DNA of 59,850 nucleotides from a virus (Duplodnaviria; Caudoviricetes): IMG/VR virus record IMGVR_UViG_3300030098_002885, positions 1 to 59,850 of that record; one strand, 5' to 3'. Shown piece by piece: positions 55,282 to 59,850 of this stretch (position 1 is its first letter; each line of letters starts with the position of its first letter). The notes under the pieces were generated by a model. It saw only the letters and a program-made list of their open reading frames with translations, ran no database searches and was not told where the DNA came from. The position numbers and the translations under genes were made by a program.

Positions 55282-55331
55282 CTGATGACAGACTACAGGA
55301 ATGTCGAAGGTAGGGAGAATAACCCCCGACA
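55243..55331 (-). ncRNA. Candidate ~89-nt small RNA with anti-SD-like loop
   Basis: TGG-TATAAT at 55337-55345; 10-bp 5' hairpin with UAUUCUCCCU loop; Rho-independent terminator; no ORF. Confidence 0.6.
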
Positions 55332-55342
55332 ACCCAATTATA

Positions 55343-55358
55343 CCACTATATATAGTGG
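55343..55358. promoter_or_regulatory. 16-bp perfect palindrome CCACTATATATAGTGG (candidate operator)
   Basis: Lies in the divergent control region, abutting a TATAAT box. Confidence 0.5.
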
Positions 55359-55418
55359 CTAGTAAATTCCTAACAACGGTACTATATTGGTAGTATTCAA
55401 TTAAAATGGAGTGGACAG

Positions 55419-56291
55419 ATGGACAGACAGACTGCGACTACTTTTCTGACTGATATCTATAAGCACCAGACCAGCGGTAAGTTGGTCTTTCATGCTTTTA
55501 GAGCAGACAAAGCGGAGACTTTCACGGCAGACCTAGGAGGAGATTTCTTTGACTGGGTTGAGCAACGTGAGAAAGCAGGGTGGGGCATCCACCTACGACA
55601 AGGCCGTATGGCTACACAAAGTCGGTCATGTACTAAGAAAGATGTGGAACAACTGTGTCACCTCTGGGTAGATATTGACCGACCTCAAGACAAAGTCTCT
55701 TTTGTAGAGAATGAAAATGATCCCATACCTACACCCACATTCCTTATTAACAGTGGGGGTGGTACTCATCTATACTGGCGGCTTGATAAGCCAGCCATGG
55801 GGATAGACTTGTTTCAAGTAGAAGAACTAAACACCAAGCTGGCAGACTATGTAGGTGGCGATCCAGCCCCCACGCACATTGCAAGCACTCTACGTTTAGT
55901 TGGGACGTTGAACCACAAGTATGACCCACCTGTGGAAGCCTCAATTTTGCGCCATAACAAAGATGCAGAGGTAAGCATTGACAGTATGGCAGATTGGTTG
56001 AAGCGTAACGAGAACCCTGTCGAAGCCTTTGCAAATAGACTGATAGGGAATGTTCGACAGACTGTGGATTGGAAGCTAGTGCTTGATAATCTATCAGTCG
56101 AAGGGCCAGCTAATGAGTTTGGTGGGCGTAACAACTGTGTCACCAAGTTGGCTGGCTGGTGGGCAAGACAGGGGATTGACCCTGATACCCAATTAAGAAC
56201 CTTACAACACCATGGATGCACCTTACCTGTGCATGAAATGGAGAGCATCGTTAACCGTATTTACCAGAAGGAGTGTGAGAGTAATGTCTAA
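55419..56291 (+). CDS. RepB-like (AEP superfamily) DNA primase with PriCT domain
   Basis: LWVDID, SGGGTHLYWRL, LRLVGTLNHK and C-terminal GGRNN...LAG. Confidence 0.88.
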   Translation: MDRQTATTFLTDIYKHQTSGKLVFHAFRADKAETFTADLGGDFFDWVEQREKAGWGIHLRQGRMATQSRSCTKKDVEQLCHLWVDIDRPQDKVSFVENENDPIPTPTFLINSGGGTHLYWRLDKPAMGIDLFQVEELNTKLADYVGGDPAPTHIASTLRLVGTLNHKYDPPVEASILRHNKDAEVSIDSMADWLKRNENPVEAFANRLIGNVRQTVDWKLVLDNLSVEGPANEFGGRNNCVTKLAGWWARQGIDPDTQLRTLQHHGCTLPVHEMESIVNRIYQKECESNV

Positions 56292-57813
56292 TTTACCACT
56301 GGCTCCGCTCCCTCCTACTACTGCAACGGAGAGAGTGAAGGCCTATGTGCAAGCGAAGTTAGCACAAGGGCGCAAACCATCAATCATCCCTCATCTTATG
56401 GATGTAGTCGAAAGCATTATTGAAGATCACATCAGGGCTAACGGCGAGGATATCCTATACACGGAAGATACATGGTTTATGTATCAGCCACGGGGGATAT
56501 GGGTGGAGCGCGATCCTGTATGGATCAAGACTATCATAGACAAGTGGCATCAGACAGTGATCGGCAAGACCCCAACGAAGAGTGTGCGGGGTGAGATACT
56601 AGAAGCCGTAATGCTACAGGTTAACAAGGTAGACATAGAGTGGGGTAAGATCGGTAACATTATAGTTACTGCTAACAACCAAGCCTATGATCTAGACAAC
56701 AATACTCCTGTCTCAGTACAGAAAACTTGGTACTTGAGGGAGGATAACCTGTTGGCTGTTGAGTGGGATGCAACCCAGACAGCCACCCCAATCTGGGACC
56801 AAACTGTAGATAAGATAATGAAGCACATCCCTGATAACGAGAGATCGGATGTTATTCAGCTTGTTGAGGAATGGATGGGTGCAACTTTAATGCGCCATAA
56901 CAAACCTCGCGCCTTATCTAAATGTTTGTTCCTATACGGGGAACGCAGAACAGGTAAGTCCACAATCCTAGATATCCCTAGACAAATCTTTGGAGAGACA
57001 CGGGCTACCGCAGTCAGCTTAGGAGAGACAGAAGGCTTTGGGTCTATGGCCCTATTAAATAAAGCTGTCTGGCTGTCTGATGAAATATCGGTAGGCGAAG
57101 TATTGAATGATTCAGTAATGAAGAGGGTCATTACAAACGAACCGATAAGCATCAAGGTTAAGATGAAAGCCCCGATAGAGACCAGAGTGAATATGTCTGT
57201 AGGTATGGCTGGTAACTCGTTGCCTGTGATTAAAGATACTTCGGATGCTGTGTATGATCGGATGTTATTCGTACCATGCGATACCGTTATCAGTAACGCA
57301 GAGGATGATCCGACACTCAGAGACAAACTCATTGGTGAGCTACCCGCTATCCTAAATAAAGTTATAGACAGACTGTCTGATGTAAGGGCCAGAGGTTACT
57401 TCAAGATTCCAGCATGTCTAACAGCTAAGACAGAGGAGATTAAGATTGACCAAGACCCGTTCAGCCAGTTCCTCACGGAAGCGTTTGTCAAAACCAATAG
57501 TAGTTGTGCGGTTGAGAACCCCGATATCCAGACAGCATACAAAGGTTATCTGGTTAAGATGTTTGGGGAGGACCATGCTCGTAATACTAAACTATCCCCG
57601 ACATTACTGTCTAAACGCATAAGCGAAGCGTACCCGTACTCATCGACTGGTAGGACAAAACGTGGTACAGTTCGCGCCAAGTATGGCATCCATTTTACCG
57701 ACCAAGGCAAAAGCTGGTTAGACGCTGGCCTCAAGTTAGAGGACAACTTCTATAAGACAGATCAGCAAAGATTAAAGGATGCCAACATAACGTCCCTGAC
57801 AGTACAGACATAG
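56284..57813 (+). CDS. D5/P4-family SF3 helicase
   Basis: FLYGERRTGKST, WLSDE, AGNSLP..DTSDAVYDR; likely ATG 56284 overlapping the primase end. Confidence 0.9.
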   Translation: MSNLPLAPLPPTTATERVKAYVQAKLAQGRKPSIIPHLMDVVESIIEDHIRANGEDILYTEDTWFMYQPRGIWVERDPVWIKTIIDKWHQTVIGKTPTKSVRGEILEAVMLQVNKVDIEWGKIGNIIVTANNQAYDLDNNTPVSVQKTWYLREDNLLAVEWDATQTATPIWDQTVDKIMKHIPDNERSDVIQLVEEWMGATLMRHNKPRALSKCLFLYGERRTGKSTILDIPRQIFGETRATAVSLGETEGFGSMALLNKAVWLSDEISVGEVLNDSVMKRVITNEPISIKVKMKAPIETRVNMSVGMAGNSLPVIKDTSDAVYDRMLFVPCDTVISNAEDDPTLRDKLIGELPAILNKVIDRLSDVRARGYFKIPACLTAKTEEIKIDQDPFSQFLTEAFVKTNSSCAVENPDIQTAYKGYLVKMFGEDHARNTKLSPTLLSKRISEAYPYSSTGRTKRGTVRAKYGIHFTDQGKSWLDAGLKLEDNFYKTDQQRLKDANITSLTVQT

Positions 57814-57839
57814 GGAGACCCACAACGAGGCGGTAGATA

Positions 57840-57995
57840 ATGCTAACACGTTGGAAGTTTAACTGTTGGCTCAGACTGATGAGGTTCTTCGGAGGTCTGG
57901 GCCAGTACTGCTGGCATAAACATGAACGTGCATTGCGGTTAATGAGGATAGAGGAACGGAGAAGTGAAGCGTTCAAGAAAGAGGCTTATAAATAA
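57840..57995 (+). CDS. 51-aa hypothetical protein (not in ORF track)
   Basis: MLTRWKFNCW...KKEAYK with GAGG RBS. Confidence 0.45.
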   Translation: MLTRWKFNCWLRLMRFFGGLGQYCWHKHERALRLMRIEERRSEAFKKEAYK

Positions 57996-58158
57996 AAGAC
58001 GGTCTGCTTCAGCCCAAGCCTTGGCCCACCCGTTGTATCACCAGAGGGTCATCCCCGACAAACGCCGTGTTGAAACCAATCGGCGGCTCCGACAAAGTGA
58101 CATACTGACGGCAGAGGCCAAGGGCGAACACGAAATTGACACAAAGTCTGTCGATTAA
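57964..58158 (+). CDS. Small basic protein with ArfA-like PLYxQRV segment
   Basis: ALAHPLYHQRVIPDKRR; GGAG RBS before GTG. Confidence 0.5.
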   Translation: MKRSRKRLINKRRSASAQALAHPLYHQRVIPDKRRVETNRRLRQSDILTAEAKGEHEIDTKSVD

Positions 58159-58169
58159 AACTATAAACC

Positions 58170-58334
58170 GTCATCGCGTCATCGTAAGTGTCATCGTCTA
58201 AGCTATTGAAAACCTTTGGATGATGACAGTGATGACGAGGATGACGGTGTTTTATTATAAGCAAATATAATATATATAAATTTATATAAAAAAGAAAATG
58301 AGGAAAAGGTGTCATCAGCGTCATCACTGTCATC
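58170..58334. repeat. Origin-like element B: GATGAC iterons around an AT-rich spacer
   Basis: GATGAC at 58222/58231/58240; GTCATC at 58311/58320/58329; extra GTCATC at 58170/58178/58190; about 400 bp downstream of the SF3 helicase. Confidence 0.85.
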
Positions 58335-58419
58335 GTATCTCTGGTTACCAGTTGTACACACACTCTTCCGATCAGACTGTGTGCTAGTAATCCCTTGATA
58401 AATTTCCTATAAGTATAAG

Positions 58420-58896
58420 ATGACAGACTATTCTAGAACCCTTGTCGGCGTAGACCTTGGCACGAAATCTGGCATTGCGTGGATACAAAACGGAAGTGTC
58501 TTCTCCAAGCCTCTTGATTTCTCTAAGGTTAGACAGATGGGTGCTGGTATGCGGCCCCTTATGTTACGAAGAGAGTTACTGTCTACGTTTGGGGAATTGG
58601 AGCCAGAGGAGGTGGTGTTTGAAAATGTACAGAAACATTCCGCCACCTATGCGGCCCAAGTGTATGGAGAATTGCGAGGGTGTCTAACCACTGTCTGCGA
58701 GGAGATGTCTATACCCTATCGCGGCATCGGAGTAACAACAGTAAAGAAGCACGTTACGGGGAGGGGGCTTTGTAAAAAGGAAGTGACCAGAAGATTTATG
58801 AAAGAACTCTGGCCCGACCTTTTTAAACGTAAGCTAACAGAAGATGAGGTAGATGCTTTGTCTATCCTAAAGTGTGCTATAGATAACGTGTACTAA
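58420..58896 (+). CDS. ruvC: RuvC-like Holliday junction resolvase
   Basis: GVDLG..SGIA, VVFE, VKKHVTG.G..KK and DEVDAL. Confidence 0.88.
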   Translation: MTDYSRTLVGVDLGTKSGIAWIQNGSVFSKPLDFSKVRQMGAGMRPLMLRRELLSTFGELEPEEVVFENVQKHSATYAAQVYGELRGCLTTVCEEMSIPYRGIGVTTVKKHVTGRGLCKKEVTRRFMKELWPDLFKRKLTEDEVDALSILKCAIDNVY

Positions 58897-58918
58897 AACT
58901 GGGCATTGAGAGATTCAA

Positions 58919-59170
58919 ATGAGTGACGATAATATTATAGAGTTTCCAGACTTAAAAAATAAGCGGTACGTTCTTGGGTGTCCTCAGTGTGACGGTACTT
59001 CATGGACTATAGTTTTGTCTGATGATCAAGTGCGCTTTGAAATGGATACTGTAGACGGGGAATTATTAGATGTGACGTTCACGCCTGATGAGGTCCCTGT
59101 GGTATGCGCGGAGTGCCAGTCATGTGGTCATGTCCTAGATTTAAATGCCACTGCTCCGAGTGTTCATTGA
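58919..59170 (+). CDS. Small zinc-ribbon protein
   Basis: CPQC and CQSCG; NIIEFP N-terminus. Confidence 0.7.
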   Translation: MSDDNIIEFPDLKNKRYVLGCPQCDGTSWTIVLSDDQVRFEMDTVDGELLDVTFTPDEVPVVCAECQSCGHVLDLNATAPSVH

Positions 59171-59273
59171 TAAATTTTATTATATTTTTGTAAGATTTTT
59201 TATCCTGCCGCGTCACCGAGTCGGAGCTACATTATAGATATTCCTAGACAGTAGACACTCTAGACATAGACAA

Positions 59274-59301
59274 CCCCTCACTATCTTTAAGATAGGAGGG
59301 G
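59274..59301. terminator. Hairpin between convergent genes
   Basis: CCCCTC-A-CTATCT...AGATAG-GAGGGG; no clear U tract. Confidence 0.45.
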
Positions 59302-59337
59302 CTGACAGAATCGGTCACACAAGCAGGAGGCTGAATC

Positions 59338-59850
59338 TTAATTGCTAGTTTCTGCCACCGCCCGACACCAGTCTATGAAAACATCCTGATCTAAGGGTCC
59401 TTTCATAAGGTTCACTCTCTTGCATACCAACTGCATATTATTTATCTCGTAATGTCCGTCGTTATCTATTCGATCAATAGAGATTATGCTGTGGTTCCCA
59501 TCCACCCCTTGGCTAGCGTTTATTCTCTTATGGGTCATAGGTATCCCAGTGATGGCACACTTACCCTCTTGTGCATCGTATAGGTCTAGTAACTGTTCGA
59601 CCTTTAAGTCCCACTTATAACTTCTATGGCCTACAGTATCTCTAGCCCTTGACGATTTAAGTTGTGAGAAAGCACGGCGAATGAACTTATGAGGGGTGCT
59701 TTCATGCATGTCAGATTTTTCTTTGTATTTGCATGTATTACATTTGATACCAGCGTAAGGCCTTCGGGGATGCTCCACCCTAAAGCTATCTATGGGGAGT
59801 GTACGGCTACACCCCCCACAGAATTTCTCCACAGGTAAGGAAAGTCTACG
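59338..59850 (-). CDS. HNH-like endonuclease with N-terminal zinc finger; continues across the window junction
   Basis: CGGC/CNTC, CAITG, SIDRIDN and N.QLVC..VN.MK; frame is open to 59850 and joins ATG at position 30. Confidence 0.8.
   Translation of the reverse strand, partial: RRLSLPVEKFCGGCSRTLPIDSFRVEHPRRPYAGIKCNTCKYKEKSDMHESTPHKFIRRAFSQLKSSRARDTVGHRSYKWDLKVEQLLDLYDAQEGKCAITGIPMTHKRINASQGVDGNHSIISIDRIDNDGHYEINNMQLVCKRVNLMKGPLDQDVFIDWCRAVAETSN

Noticed and set aside
1-59850. Integrase/att sites, tRNAs, diversity-generating retroelement
   Set aside because: No recombinase or reverse transcriptase motifs, and no cloverleaf recognised by eye.

Overview
This window looks like a complete, circularly permuted ~59.85 kb genome of a podovirus-type dsDNA phage. 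An HNH-like ORF reads in frame across the end-to-start junction. The host is inferred to be a marine alphaproteobacterium. Layout: (i) a leftward early block (1-5.9 kb) with an HTH protein and a CobS-like AAA+ / CobT-like vWA pair; (ii) a rightward packaging, structural and lysis block (6.4-45.7 kb) with terminase, portal, scaffold, major capsid, adaptor, nozzle, an HlyC-family acyltransferase, four ejection-type proteins including a 3315-aa polyvalent protein, a 2040-aa tail fibre, an amidase and holins; (iii) a leftward replication/metabolism block (45.7-55.2 kb) with an extensin/M15-like peptidase, Hsp20, class II RNR, PolA, SSB, Cas4-like nuclease and SNF2 helicase; (iv) a rightward primase, SF3 helicase and RuvC block. 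No integrase, RNA polymerase, tRNA or CRISPR array was seen. Most notable observations: an RTX-toxin-type acyltransferase directly upstream of the ejection proteins; two mutually inverted SaPI-ori-like iteron/AT-rich elements; a promoter- and terminator-bounded ~89-nt sRNA with an anti-SD loop; a ROSE thermometer and RpoH-like promoters; a recurring AGAC DNA motif; and codon-level avoidance of CCWGG and GCWGC. All family calls come from visual motif recognition, not database searches.
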